This document shows positions 1 to 10,012 of a DNA stretch of 64,000 nucleotides, piece after piece. This stretch comes from a virus. The notes under the pieces were generated by a model. The model was not told where the DNA came from, did no database searches, and was given only the letters and a program-made list of their open reading frames with translations. Where the stretch lies: IMG/VR virus record IMGVR_UViG_3300027759_000079, positions 4,850-68,849 of that record; one strand, 5' to 3'. Numbering within the stretch: the stretch's first letter is position 1; each line of letters begins with the position of its first letter. Made by a program: the position numbers and the translations under genes.

Positions 1-1731
1 TTTAAGCTCTGGCGGAAGGTCAAAACTCTGGTGACCATTAGCTGTTGTTGTAGGAATGATTAGAGAACACTGCGCTTTAACCAATTCGATCAAATCAGAT
101 TGATGGTCAACGAAATCAACCATCTTTGCGTCGTTCGTTTGATTATCTTCTTGATCTCGGAAGAATTTAATCGTTTTAATTGGAATGGTCTTGTTTTTTT
201 GAGCTGTGAAATCGTTATCAACAGCTTCAGCAGCGAACAGCATCTTTCTATGATCGAAGTTAGATTGCAATAACTCGTTGGCGTAGCGAATCCAAGAGCT
301 TGTTGGCACTCTAAGGTAACAGATACGAGTGTCTTTTAAGTTATACGCTCGTCTTGCTTTGCGAATCTCGTCTTGGTATTTTTCTGGCGAATCAAAATCA
401 GCTTCAAACATTTTGATTTCAATTTTGCTTTGTTTAAATACTTCGCTTTCGTTCGCAGCGTTGATAAACTGTACGCCACCGTTATAGTCGCCGCACATTC
501 CAACGATATTGAAGTTGTTCATCAAATAAGCTAAGTATTCGATGTGCTTTTTAAGATTAGTTCCTGATACAGCATAGTTGTGAACAAGAATTCCTTTACG
601 ATTAGCGACATCTAGCTTAATAAGATTAATAGCAAAGTCGTCAGACGATTCATTTTCTGCCCACGAAGGATCGAAGCTTAAAATATAATCAGAACCTTTC
701 TGTCCAGCCACTTCAATCGCCTGTCCTTCAAGCGGCTTGATCGTGCATTCGTGCATCTTGCTCAATTTAAAGTAACCAGAAGAATCATCCATGAATCTAG
801 AACCGAATTCTCTTTGGAACTGCGACTCAGACATTGTTGACTTAGCTTGTGTCAGCAAACTCTCATCATAAAGACCATGAGGAGCTACATCATAAGAAAA
901 ATGCAATATAGCTCTAGTTGAATTACCTTTTCCATCCTTTTCTGGAAACTTGATAAGCGATTCATATTGCTTGTATAGCTTATACATATACTCAAACTGA
1001 TAAGACGCAGAAGATAGTACAATAATTTTATTATTTGGCCATCTGAACCGCTCTTCTTCAGTCATATCTCCTTTAGCTATTAGCTGAGTCTCTAAATCAT
1101 ATACTTCTTTTCTCTCTGTTGGGTTCTGCACTACAGAAAGGAACGGAATAATAACTTCGTTGAAGATTCTTTCTGGCATCAACAAGAATTCGTCGATCAT
1201 CATACGGTGAAAGCGAAAACCACGAAGCTTTTCGCCATCGCCAAGAGGCAAGCAGGTAATTTTACTGCGACCAAACTCCATTGTCCATTCGTCAGAACTC
1301 TTAGACACTTTAGTGATAGCTTGCTTTAAGAAAATAGCATTTGGCTTGTCCGCGATTTCTTCAATCTTGCGGAAAATCATCTTTGCTTGACGAAATGTTT
1401 TACTTACGATGCCAATGTGAACACCTTGATTCAAAATCGCATCTAATGCAGCGAAAACCGCACAGGTAAAGCTCTTAGAAAGACCACGACTCCATACCAT
1501 CATGGAATAGTCTGTTTCAAACATCGTTTTAATTGCGAGATGCTGAAACGGAAACGGCTTTACGCCACAAATAATCTCAGATGAGAATGAAATGTTACTG
1601 CGCAGAAATTTATATAGAAGAATCTTAGCTTCGCGCTCTTCTAGATATCCTTCTTTCTTTAAAATCTCTTCGTTTACTTTATTGCTGTTGTAAACGCTTT
1701 TTCTTTTTTGGTCGCCAACGATCCAAGCCAT
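1..1731 (-). CDS. terL: terminase large subunit (C-terminus runs off window)
   Basis: Not in ORF track; manual translation from ATG 1731 (MAWIVGDQ...) is open to the edge. Shows FPFQ adenine-binding motif, Walker A WSRGLSKS, Walker B RGFRFHRMMIDE, coupling motif LSSA, QREF and RNase H-like SFDPS motif. Confidence 0.85.
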   Translation of the reverse strand, partial: MAWIVGDQKRKSVYNSNKVNEEILKKEGYLEEREAKILLYKFLRSNISFSSEIICGVKPFPFQHLAIKTMFETDYSMMVWSRGLSKSFTCAVFAALDAILNQGVHIGIVSKTFRQAKMIFRKIEEIADKPNAIFLKQAITKVSKSSDEWTMEFGRSKITCLPLGDGEKLRGFRFHRMMIDEFLLMPERIFNEVIIPFLSVVQNPTERKEVYDLETQLIAKGDMTEEERFRWPNNKIIVLSSASYQFEYMYKLYKQYESLIKFPEKDGKGNSTRAILHFSYDVAPHGLYDESLLTQAKSTMSESQFQREFGSRFMDDSSGYFKLSKMHECTIKPLEGQAIEVAGQKGSDYILSFDPSWAENESSDDFAINLIKLDVANRKGILVHNYAVSGTNLKKHIEYLAYLMNNFNIVGMCGDYNGGVQFINAANESEVFKQSKIEIKMFEADFDSPEKYQDEIRKARRAYNLKDTRICYLRVPTSSWIRYANELLQSNFDHRKMLFAAEAVDNDFTAQKNKTIPIKTIKFFRDQEDNQTNDAKMVDFVDHQSDLIELVKAQCSLIIPTTTANGHQSFDLPPELK

Positions 1732-2648
1732 GATTGATCCTTTTCTATGAAGTATTGAACGTCTGTTTCCCAAAGTTTTGGGCCGCAGACGAGAAGTTTA
1801 GGTATTAAAACTACGCTATTTTTCCTGCTGCCAGAAAAAACAAATTGACAGTTCTTGTGAAACTCTTGTTGCAGCAAACGCATATTATGATATACAAATT
1901 TTAGGTTAGATTTATGCGGAGTGAAGTCGTTATTGTTTTTGATCTGATCAAAACTAGACTCTACTACAACAAACAAGAAACAATCCATAGATTTGCATCT
2001 TTCGATCTCTCTTTTAAACCTATCAAAGTTTTCACCAACTAAAGTGCTCTTAAAATCATTCTCCGATTTTCTATCAACGAATGTTTTAGAGTAATTTTGC
2101 CCACCAGCAGTATAGTCTCCAAAATCTAACTTAACTTCTCTTTGATTTGAGAACTGCAACGGCTGTTGCTCTCTTGTATCAATGAAAATATTAACATTAG
2201 AGTAGTCAGAGTAAAAATCTTTGTGGATATTCTTCGTGAACATTGGCTTTGCGCCAATCTCTGAACAAACAGCAGAGTAAGAACCGTAATGCTTCTTGAA
2301 ACAGTCGATACTTGGCAGTTCGCTTGTCTCAATTTCAATATGACTAGGCGCAACAACTAATTCTTTGTTAGCTACTCGTCTTTGAAGCAGTTGTTTGATG
2401 TACGGTTTAACAACTTCTGCTTTTTCAAAGTTGCACCACTTTAATAACTGCTCTCTGTTCTCGAAATCCTTTTCAAAATAAGACTCTTTATCCTTGAAGC
2501 TTAACTTTGTACCAGTTAAGAGGTTTTTCTTCGGGTAATGGGCACAGTAGTAGTCTCCAAGCGACATCTTATGCTTCTTCAAATGAGTATGAAGACTTCT
2601 TTCGCTTGGAAAATCTTGATTACATTCTTTGCACTTAAACGGCATCAT
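1674..2648 (-). CDS. C2H2 zinc finger + ERCC4/XPF-type nuclease
   Basis: N-terminal CKEC..HLKKH finger; IDTREQ, GDY, VDRKS and VVVE motifs typical of ERCC4 domain. Confidence 0.75.
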   Translation of the reverse strand: MMPFKCKECNQDFPSERSLHTHLKKHKMSLGDYYCAHYPKKNLLTGTKLSFKDKESYFEKDFENREQLLKWCNFEKAEVVKPYIKQLLQRRVANKELVVAPSHIEIETSELPSIDCFKKHYGSYSAVCSEIGAKPMFTKNIHKDFYSDYSNVNIFIDTREQQPLQFSNQREVKLDFGDYTAGGQNYSKTFVDRKSENDFKSTLVGENFDRFKREIERCKSMDCFLFVVVESSFDQIKNNNDFTPHKSNLKFVYHNMRLLQQEFHKNCQFVFSGSRKNSVVLIPKLLVCGPKLWETDVQYFIEKDQSWLGSLATKKEKAFTTAIK

Positions 2649-3711
2649 CTAATGATATACCCAAGATACGAGCTTTCCACTCCACCATGCTTTCAAGCTT
2701 GCCAGCTTCTTCTCTAACAAGAGTCTTTTGCATTTCGGCGATCTTGATCATGTTAGCGCGCTCTTCTTCGTCTTGAAATAGCTGAACGATAGCCAAGATA
2801 GAAGCATTTTCCTTTTGTTTAGCATTGATACGTCCTGATCTATCGCCTTGAAGCTTTTTAATAAGACTTTCGACGCGACCTTCACACTGATGGTACTCAC
2901 CACTCTTAGCTTTGATGATTTCGGCAAGACGAATACTCATTTCATTCTGCTCTTGAGTATCTTCAAACATTTTATTGAGCTTATCCAAGTGTCTTGAAGT
3001 AGTTTCTAAGTTGATGATTTCTTTGCACACGTTCATGTACAAATTAACTTCATCAGCAGTAAGGTCTGGCTTGTCCCAAGTCATTCTAATGAACTCTTCT
3101 TCAAAAATATTACGATCTTCTTGCGATGTATAGCAGTTGATGATCTTTTGGAACCGCGAGTTAGCTAAATTGATAGTGAGCTTCTCAATACAGAATTTAT
3201 GTTGGCGGTTTAATTTTTCTTTATTGATCTTTTCGCCAGTAGCTTGATTGATTTTGTTAATAACACGCTCAACAGAACGCGGAACTAAGTATTTTAAACC
3301 AATAGCAGTTTCGGATTCAGGTTGACCTTCTACATTTGCCGTTCTAACGAAGTTTGCCACAGCTCTTTGCTCGACTCCAAGGTTAACGATTCTGCGATCA
3401 GGAAAAATAAGCTCCGCAATTCTTACGGCGGACAATCCAATAGCTGTTTGGTCAATGATAAACTCTTTTTGAGACTCTGTGAACTCAATGTCCGCTGCCT
3501 TTTCGTACTTAGATGTTTTGTAATTGATTTTATTGCTCGCCAAGAACGATCTGATAGCAATTCCTTGCTTAGATCGACCATCAAGCTTCTCGTTAGCAAA
3601 GAATTTGCGCGTGATAGTATTTAAATCAGGAAATTGCTTGGCTAAATCTTTAATCTGTTCCGCTTCTTGGTTAGTAAACGAAATATCTGTTGTTTCTTCT
3701 TTAGCTTCCAC
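2635..3711 (-). CDS. hypothetical helical protein, terminase small subunit candidate
   Basis: 358 aa, HTH-like segment (GLSAVRIAELIF) and coiled-coil C-terminus, two genes upstream of terL; function from position only. Confidence 0.35.
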   Translation of the reverse strand: MEAKEETTDISFTNQEAEQIKDLAKQFPDLNTITRKFFANEKLDGRSKQGIAIRSFLASNKINYKTSKYEKAADIEFTESQKEFIIDQTAIGLSAVRIAELIFPDRRIVNLGVEQRAVANFVRTANVEGQPESETAIGLKYLVPRSVERVINKINQATGEKINKEKLNRQHKFCIEKLTINLANSRFQKIINCYTSQEDRNIFEEEFIRMTWDKPDLTADEVNLYMNVCKEIINLETTSRHLDKLNKMFEDTQEQNEMSIRLAEIIKAKSGEYHQCEGRVESLIKKLQGDRSGRINAKQKENASILAIVQLFQDEEERANMIKIAEMQKTLVREEAGKLESMVEWKARILGISLDDAV

Positions 3712-4408
3712 TTAAAATATCCTCCGATTGTAAAATTTTCAAAGCTACTTGCCTAAACAGCTTCTTAAGATTTTTGATTTGCTTATATCCAGCCTTCTTG
3801 CCCTTTTCATTTGTCTTGTAACCCATTTCTGCGGCTACTTTCTCTTCATCAGCACCATCAACAAAGAGTCTTGTATATACTCTATATTGTTTTGGAGCTA
3901 AGTATAATCGCATTTCTTCATGAAGGCGAGATGCACTAGATAAAATGTCAAAGTTCTGATCGCGCATTGAATGCACAGCATCAACATGGCCTTCAATAGA
4001 GACGCAAAGCTTAACATCGTATGCGCTCTTCTTTGTTTTCTCCCATTTCCTGTATAGTGGGCACTCAGAACACTGTCTTCCGCTTGGTGTTATAGAGCAA
4101 GCTGGTGGTTCGTTGCCTTGATTAAACTTACAGCCCAAACATGGGCGAGTATAATTGGAATAGTTGTTACGAAGCAAGTTCTTAATCTGATTAGAAGTGA
4201 TTCTAGCAATCCAAGGTTCAAGTGGACGATCTTGTTTCCACATATGCCACTTCTTTGAGATGTGAAAACGCACAATCTGTGCGACATCTTCGTAATCCAT
4301 CCAACAAATAGCTTTGAGCTGCCAGATATATCTGTGCTTCTCAATGATTTTGTCTATTACATCCTTCTTATCGTCGTAAGTTATTTTACCCAGCTTTTGA
4401 GCTTCCAT
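3701..4408 (-). CDS. phage RNA polymerase sigma-70-like factor with Cys-rich insertion
   Basis: Region 2-like DYEDVAQIVRFHISKKW...LEPWIARITSNQIKNLLR and region 4-like LAPKQYRVYTRLFVDGADEEKVAAEMG. Confidence 0.65.
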   Translation of the reverse strand: MEAQKLGKITYDDKKDVIDKIIEKHRYIWQLKAICWMDYEDVAQIVRFHISKKWHMWKQDRPLEPWIARITSNQIKNLLRNNYSNYTRPCLGCKFNQGNEPPACSITPSGRQCSECPLYRKWEKTKKSAYDVKLCVSIEGHVDAVHSMRDQNFDILSSASRLHEEMRLYLAPKQYRVYTRLFVDGADEEKVAAEMGYKTNEKGKKAGYKQIKNLKKLFRQVALKILQSEDILSGS

Positions 4409-4763
4409 ATTTTTCAGGAGATAGGCCATCAATACCATCAGAGCGCTTTACTTTGAATTTCTTAGCTTGCGCTTGCATGGGATTCCGTTGTAAATCTTCT
4501 AGATTGAAGGATTTAAACCCTCCATCCATTTCGATTTCAACGTCTAACGACTCTATGTGTGGAAGCTCCTCAATGTCCGAAGAATCTTCGTCATCGTCTT
4601 CTATTTGCGAACTGCGAATAGCAGTTGGTTTCTGCTGGACTTTTGCCGTTGACTGCTGAACAGCTTTCGAGCCAAAAGAGTTGCCGCATTTTGAGCAAAA
4701 GTTTGGTGCAAATCCAACATACTCATGTTTTGCACCGCACGATGAACAGAAAGTGATAGCCAT
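4386..4763 (-). CDS. zinc-ribbon protein with acidic tail
   Basis: FCSSCG...NFCSKCG double CxxC. Confidence 0.6.
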   Translation of the reverse strand: MAITFCSSCGAKHEYVGFAPNFCSKCGNSFGSKAVQQSTAKVQQKPTAIRSSQIEDDDEDSSDIEELPHIESLDVEIEMDGGFKSFNLEDLQRNPMQAQAKKFKVKRSDGIDGLSPEKYGSSKAG

Positions 4764-4768
4764 AGTTA

Positions 4769-5110
4769 TTATTTAGATATGCGGTCAACCTTATCGTTAA
4801 GATTTTCCAGCTTTACTAATATCTTAGTTATATCTTTCTGTATTTCAACCATTTTGTCCGTATTAACTGGCTTTCCTTCATCATCTACTATCTTTGAAAG
4901 GCGTCGAGAAATACTTTTTACTTCTGTATTAACGTAAGATATTTGCTCTGCCTGAACCTTCATCTCTAAAGCAACAGGATTAAAATCATCCTTCTTTACA
5001 TACGTTGTATTTAGGTAATACAATACACAGGCGATCAAAATTCCGCCAAATACCTTAATAATATTTGCCCAACTATTCAACTGAGACGTTTTTGACGTTG
5101 CGCTGCTCAT
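4769..5110 (-). CDS. single-TM coiled-coil membrane protein
   Basis: N-terminal hydrophobic helix (IIKVFGGILIACVLYYL) then coiled coil. Confidence 0.5.
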   Translation of the reverse strand: MSSATSKTSQLNSWANIIKVFGGILIACVLYYLNTTYVKKDDFNPVALEMKVQAEQISYVNTEVKSISRRLSKIVDDEGKPVNTDKMVEIQKDITKILVKLENLNDKVDRISK

Positions 5111-5852
5111 CTTTTATTCTATAACGAAGATTAATGTTATTAATCTTCTTTACAACGAATTTTAAGATTTCGCTTCTTTTAATATCTTCTTCAGAGAACT
5201 CAAAAGTATAAATTCCTTTTTGAACGCAGTCTTCTCCAGTGAAAAGCTCAAAGAAATCAAGGAAACCGTTCTTAACTTTAATATCCGATTGCATAAAATC
5301 TCCGCATAAAAAGATTTTTGTGCCTTCTCCAATTCTAGTAATCAAGGTTGTAATCTCTTTAGCTGTAAAGTTTTGCACTTCATCAGCAATGATAATTTTA
5401 TCAGTGAATGTACTGCCTCTCAGGAAGTTTACTGGTACTGCGGTAAGTCTTCCGTCGTCTTTAAGACGGTGAGCATCAGTAGCTTCGATAATTTCGTGAA
5501 CTTTATCCTCAAGAGGAATCAAGTAAGGCGCGAATTTGTCGCCAACTGTTCCGGGCAGTGCGCCTAAAGACTTTTCTCCGCTCTCTGCGATTGTTCTGAT
5601 GTAAATAATTTCTTTGTCATTGTTACTAATGAGGTTTAACGCTGCGTAAACAGCCATAAATGTCTTTGATGTTCCCGCTGGTCCAGCGATGAAAGAGATT
5701 TTGGTCTGCTCGTTTAAAAGTATTTTTAATAAGTCTTGTTGCTTATCTGAAAACTTAAATTTTCTTTCTTTAAATTTGATTTCTTGTTTTAGTTGCGGAA
5801 TTGTGATTCCCGCAGGTTTGGTTTTCTTATTCTTAGGGGCTTTTTTTGCCAT
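5073..5852 (-). CDS. phoH: PhoH-like ATPase
   Basis: GPAGTSKT, LGALPG, FLRGSTF, IIADEVQN, TRIGEG, GDFMQSD motifs. Confidence 0.92.
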   Translation of the reverse strand: MAKKAPKNKKTKPAGITIPQLKQEIKFKERKFKFSDKQQDLLKILLNEQTKISFIAGPAGTSKTFMAVYAALNLISNNDKEIIYIRTIAESGEKSLGALPGTVGDKFAPYLIPLEDKVHEIIEATDAHRLKDDGRLTAVPVNFLRGSTFTDKIIIADEVQNFTAKEITTLITRIGEGTKIFLCGDFMQSDIKVKNGFLDFFELFTGEDCVQKGIYTFEFSEEDIKRSEILKFVVKKINNINLRYRIKDEQRNVKNVSVE

Positions 5853-5858
5853 AAAGTG

Positions 5859-6656
5859 TTAAACCATCTCTTCAATAATCTGCAATCCTCCTTTAGCGAC
5901 TCCGTTGGAATCAACAGAGAGGGTTTGATTAGATAAAACGCCAGCTACCGAAAAAACAGTAGCATCTGACATCGTGATGGTGCAGGTTACTGTCGTGTTT
6001 GGCTGATAATCCGCTAGCCAGTCTGCATTACTCAGTCCATTTACTTGCAAGGACTTTGTAACTTTAGAAACGCTAACTTTTTCAGGATATTCCGAGCCAA
6101 TCACAAAATTTGGAACTCTATCGACTTGAATATCGAAAGAAATATTTTCATATTGTGAAATTGGAGTAGCGGAAAAATTTGGAGCAGTGAATTGAACTGT
6201 TGTTGCTCTTAAAGGCGATAATAAAGTAATGCCGCTGCCAGTAGTGGCTTGCTGCTCCGAATGAACGTAGATTCCAGAGCCAGTTGCTAGTCCGTAAGAG
6301 TCAAATTGCAGCGCCGCAGATGCAACTTTCCACGGCTCAAATGATGCGGAGAAACTTTTCAAATAACACTTGTTAAATTGGTAATCTGGAACTTTAATCA
6401 GCGAACCAGTAACCGAATCTCCAGTTAAGTTGATAATCTTGTTGATTTCTCCAGAAACCAAAAGGACATTCGCGGAAATGCTTGAACTTTTTGGGCCAGT
6501 CTGGATATAGTAGTCCATTTGCTGACCAATTCTTCTAACTCTTTTTAAACTAGTTGTATTTGATGCGCTTAAACTAGTTGCGTATAAGATGTTGTCAGTG
6601 GCACTATCAGCGTTAGTAAAATACGCTCTGATTTTATCGTAAGTAACGTAAGCCAT
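5859..6656 (-). CDS. putative virion structural protein (tail tube/hub-like, beta-rich)
   Basis: Ser/Thr/Gly-rich, beta-like two-domain pattern; preceded by GTGTAA motif; fold is inference. Confidence 0.35.
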   Translation of the reverse strand: MAYVTYDKIRAYFTNADSATDNILYATSLSASNTTSLKRVRRIGQQMDYYIQTGPKSSSISANVLLVSGEINKIINLTGDSVTGSLIKVPDYQFNKCYLKSFSASFEPWKVASAALQFDSYGLATGSGIYVHSEQQATTGSGITLLSPLRATTVQFTAPNFSATPISQYENISFDIQVDRVPNFVIGSEYPEKVSVSKVTKSLQVNGLSNADWLADYQPNTTVTCTITMSDATVFSVAGVLSNQTLSVDSNGVAKGGLQIIEEMV

Positions 6657-6660
6657 CTGA

Positions 6661-7026
6661 TTATTTTACACTCTTTTTGAACTGTTTAAGATCAGCGTCG
6701 TCAATCATTGCGAGTCGTTTCAAAAACTTGACATTCTCTAGTTTTACGTTCTGCATAACAAGACGACTGCCGCCAGTGATGATTCCTTCTTCGTTAACAT
6801 CGTAGATAAATAAGGTTGTTGACATTAAACCGATTCTCACGATTCTTGCTGGGCTTTTTGTGCCGTCCCAAAACATTAAAACGTCATCTTCTTTTAATCC
6901 AGAAGTCATTTTAAAGATAATGCTCTTGACAATGTTAATAATAAATTCTTTAAACAGCAACGAAGCAACGCCCGCTACTAAAAGTACCGAATTTTGAGAA
7001 ACAAAAGAATTCATCTGATCTTCCAT
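6661..7026 (-). CDS. small membrane protein, MscS middle-domain-like
   Basis: TM helix followed by GLKEDDVL...ARIVRIGLMSTT, resembling the MscS beta domain. Confidence 0.35.
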   Translation of the reverse strand: MEDQMNSFVSQNSVLLVAGVASLLFKEFIINIVKSIIFKMTSGLKEDDVLMFWDGTKSPARIVRIGLMSTTLFIYDVNEEGIITGGSRLVMQNVKLENVKFLKRLAMIDDADLKQFKKSVK

Positions 7027-7078
7027 ACTATTTTTTACACTTTAACTGGAAAAACCACCTCTTGAACTACTATAAGCT

Positions 7079-7327
7079 ATGAACGGAAAAGGATCAAAAC
7101 GTCGCCCATCTTCTATTTCTTCTGATGAGTTCGCAAACAGAATTGACGATATCTTTAAAAAGAAAAATAAGGTGCAAGTGCCTGTTCTTCAAGACAAAGA
7201 CGGTTACTTTATTAAAATTCCAAAAAAAATGCTCAAAAAGGCTGGACTTAATGAAGGAGATAGTGTTGATTTCATTCCATCAGGAGACGGATATCTCGTT
7301 TCCAAAACTTTAAAACCAAATAAATAA
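7079..7327 (+). CDS. AbrB/MazE-like DNA-binding protein
   Basis: YFIKIPKKMLKKAGLNEGDSVDF swapped-hairpin signature. Confidence 0.65.
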   Translation: MNGKGSKRRPSSISSDEFANRIDDIFKKKNKVQVPVLQDKDGYFIKIPKKMLKKAGLNEGDSVDFIPSGDGYLVSKTLKPNK

Positions 7328-7331
7328 TTTT

Positions 7332-7892
7332 ATGGGAATGTTCGACACAATTATCGTTAGCGACACTCTTCCTTACTCAGAGGAAATGATTTGCCTTGGC
7401 CTGAACTCAAATGATGGCGATTTTCAAACTAAAGACTTAATTAACTGCTTAGAAACTTATATTTTACAAGACAAAAAACTTTTTGTCAAAAAATACAAAG
7501 TAAATGAATATGTTAAGCCTGAAAAATCATCTGATGGTTGGAATTTCGGCCATATGGAAAGAAGCGGCGAATACCTTGAACAAGTTATTCATCATGGTAA
7601 GATTAATTTCTATACTAGTCATCTTGATGTGCTTGACGTTTGGGATACTTGGGAAGAATACGAAGCTACTTTCACTAACGGCATTTGCGAAAGCATAGTT
7701 TTATTTAAATTTACTAAAGAAGCAAATAAAGATAGAGTAGAAAGAGAGAAAAAGTGGAAAGAAGAACTTATCAGAGATCATAACCTTTGGTACAATAAGT
7801 ATATTTTTTATACTCTTCCTTATCGCAAGTTCTCTCAATATAAATATAAGTTTTTCACAGCAATCGCTAACTTTTTCCACAAAATCGCATGA
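7332..7892 (+). CDS. hypothetical phage protein (MGMFD-start type)
   Basis: 186 aa ORF in co-oriented run. Confidence 0.6.
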   Translation: MGMFDTIIVSDTLPYSEEMICLGLNSNDGDFQTKDLINCLETYILQDKKLFVKKYKVNEYVKPEKSSDGWNFGHMERSGEYLEQVIHHGKINFYTSHLDVLDVWDTWEEYEATFTNGICESIVLFKFTKEANKDRVEREKKWKEELIRDHNLWYNKYIFYTLPYRKFSQYKYKFFTAIANFFHKIA

Positions 7893-8068
7893 TCACAACC
7901 AATAAAGAAATCTACAAAGAAGATATTGCTGCCATGACTAATGCGGCTTATCAAGAACTCGCAAAGCGCGACATTCATTTTAATTCTGTCGAAGAAGATG
8001 ATGAATTTCACGATTTTTTAACGGCAACTCTTGACATTTGGTTTAATACTGATCACTCTAAGGAATAA
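7889..8068 (+). CDS. hypothetical protein (59 aa)
   Basis: Manual translation MITTNKEIYKEDIAAM...; ATGA overlap with upstream stop, fills gap. Confidence 0.55.
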   Translation: MITTNKEIYKEDIAAMTNAAYQELAKRDIHFNSVEEDDEFHDFLTATLDIWFNTDHSKE

Positions 8069-8069
8069 T

Positions 8070-8396
8070 ATGAAAAATTTAAAATTAAACGAAGACTATT
8101 TAAAGTACCCAACAGTAGAATCTGTTTTGCGTGAAATTATTAATGACGATATGCTTGACACAATAGCTGTGGCGAGTATTAAATTCCATTTAGGATGCAC
8201 CAAACAAACTTTAGATAGATATAAGTCGCAGAAAAATCTTGTAGATTGGGAAAAAGAAGACATGGAATATTACGAGCTTCTTTTAGCGGCATTTTGTCTT
8301 GTCGGCAATTACTATGGCATAGATACAGCGGAGTATAAACAAAAACCTACCAAAAAAAATGGAAAACCAAAAACTAAAAATTCCAAAAAGTCTTGA
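8070..8396 (+). CDS. hypothetical protein
   Basis: ATG 1 nt after upstream stop; tight packing. Confidence 0.55.
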   Translation: MKNLKLNEDYLKYPTVESVLREIINDDMLDTIAVASIKFHLGCTKQTLDRYKSQKNLVDWEKEDMEYYELLLAAFCLVGNYYGIDTAEYKQKPTKKNGKPKTKNSKKS

Positions 8397-8568
8397 AGGT
8401 CACGTTTTGCGTTTGCAAAAAGACATTGACCACCTTCATGAGAAGATAGAAGAAGAAATCGAAATGACTGCGCTTATCCTTGACATAAAAGACAAGGATT
8501 CGCCAGAATATAATATTCTTTGGGACTTTTTACAAAATGATTCAAGATGGATGATCGAATTTGAATGA
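8359..8568 (+). CDS. hypothetical protein
   Basis: 69 aa, ATGA overlap with next gene. Confidence 0.55.
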   Translation: MENQKLKIPKSLEGHVLRLQKDIDHLHEKIEEEIEMTALILDIKDKDSPEYNILWDFLQNDSRWMIEFE

Positions 8569-9200
8569 AAATTATCTGCATATCTGACACGCATGGTCTT
8601 CACGGATACATGAAAAACAAAATTCCAGATGGAGATATGATTATCCACTCTGGAGACTTCTGTAATCGTGGAGATTACTTTGAATGCGTTGAATTCTTTA
8701 ATTGGTTTGGTGCTTTGCCACACAAATACAAGCTAGTTATTGCTGGCAACCATGATATTTGGATGGAAAAAGCGAGCCGTTCTGAAATTAATGCAATTAT
8801 ACCGTCTGGTATTCATTATCTTCAAGATGAAGGCGTGACAATCGAAGGTTTAAACTTTTGGGGTTCTCCAGTTCAGCCAGAATTCTTTGATTGGGCATTT
8901 AATCGCAAGCGCGGATCAGCTATCCAGCAACATTGGGACTTGATTCCCAAAGATACTAATGTTTTGATCTCTCATGGCCCACCTATGTCTATCCTTGATA
9001 AAACTATTCAAGGTACTCACGTTGGATGCGCCAATTTATTCACCACAATCACTGAACAACTTAAACTTAAGCTTCATGTCTTTGGCCATATTCACAATGG
9101 TTACGGCGTTGAGGTTAAAAACAATACAATGTTTGTTAATGCGGCTGTCTGTGGCGAAGACTACAAACCTACCAATGCTCCAAGAATTATTCAACTCTAA
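8565..9200 (+). CDS. calcineurin-like metallophosphoesterase
   Basis: SDTHG, HSGD, GNHD, SHGPP, FGHIH motifs. Confidence 0.9.
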   Translation: MKIICISDTHGLHGYMKNKIPDGDMIIHSGDFCNRGDYFECVEFFNWFGALPHKYKLVIAGNHDIWMEKASRSEINAIIPSGIHYLQDEGVTIEGLNFWGSPVQPEFFDWAFNRKRGSAIQQHWDLIPKDTNVLISHGPPMSILDKTIQGTHVGCANLFTTITEQLKLKLHVFGHIHNGYGVEVKNNTMFVNAAVCGEDYKPTNAPRIIQL

Positions 9201-9204
9201 AATT

Positions 9205-9804
9205 ATGACCGCACAAGAATATATCGCACAAGGCAAAGAAAAAACAGAAAAGAAAGTATGGTTTTGGCCTACTGGCTGGTATGTTATGCCGTATGCTTTG
9301 TCTAGAGGAGAGTGGAATATTTACGATGCTTACTTATCTGTCGAATATCCTGTTCAACGTTTCTTAAGAGAGACTTGTAGTAGCTGGAGGCATAGCATTT
9401 CGTTTAATTACCGCACTACTAAACGTACAATCAAGAATTACTTGCGCCATCCTCGTAAAGATTTCCGTGATGCTGTGTTTTCTAAACATGGTGACATGGA
9501 TATGGTCGAAATGATCGTCCTTTTCCATCTTAACTGTGTCGTTGAGCTTGTCGAAAAAGAAAAATACTTTGAAACGTGTTGTAGCGTTATGGATAGTAAG
9601 AGCGAATTTGAGCTTGAGCTTAAAGAGGCTTATGATTACGCTAAGACTGGGCGCGCCAAGCTGCTTGATGAAGTTGATAATACTTTAATGAACATGGACA
9701 ATGACGAGTTTCAAAAGTATCTTGAAGCAGATAAGTATTTAACAGAATGTGATACAGTATTATGCGATTTCGTAGTTAAAAACCGTGAAAAGTTTTGGAC
9801 CTAA
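9205..9804 (+). CDS. hypothetical protein
   Basis: Likely start MTAQEY just after upstream stop. Confidence 0.6.
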   Translation: MTAQEYIAQGKEKTEKKVWFWPTGWYVMPYALSRGEWNIYDAYLSVEYPVQRFLRETCSSWRHSISFNYRTTKRTIKNYLRHPRKDFRDAVFSKHGDMDMVEMIVLFHLNCVVELVEKEKYFETCCSVMDSKSEFELELKEAYDYAKTGRAKLLDEVDNTLMNMDNDEFQKYLEADKYLTECDTVLCDFVVKNREKFWT

Positions 9805-9805
9805 A

Positions 9806-10012
9806 ATGAAAAGCATAATTTTAAGAATAATTTGGGCGTTGCTAGCTATACCAGCGTTCATTGCGCTTGGAGGCTTAACCTTTTTAGTTCAACTGAGCTT
9901 TAATCCCAAAGAAGCCGGGCATGATTTTGTTAAAGGCTTCAAAGAACTCGTTTTTTATGTTAAAAATGGATACTATCTTCCTTACGAAGAGGATTTAAAT
10001 GATACAGACTAA
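9806..10012 (+). CDS. small membrane protein
   Basis: Hydrophobic N-terminal helix. Confidence 0.5.
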   Translation: MKSIILRIIWALLAIPAFIALGGLTFLVQLSFNPKEAGHDFVKGFKELVFYVKNGYYLPYEEDLNDTD

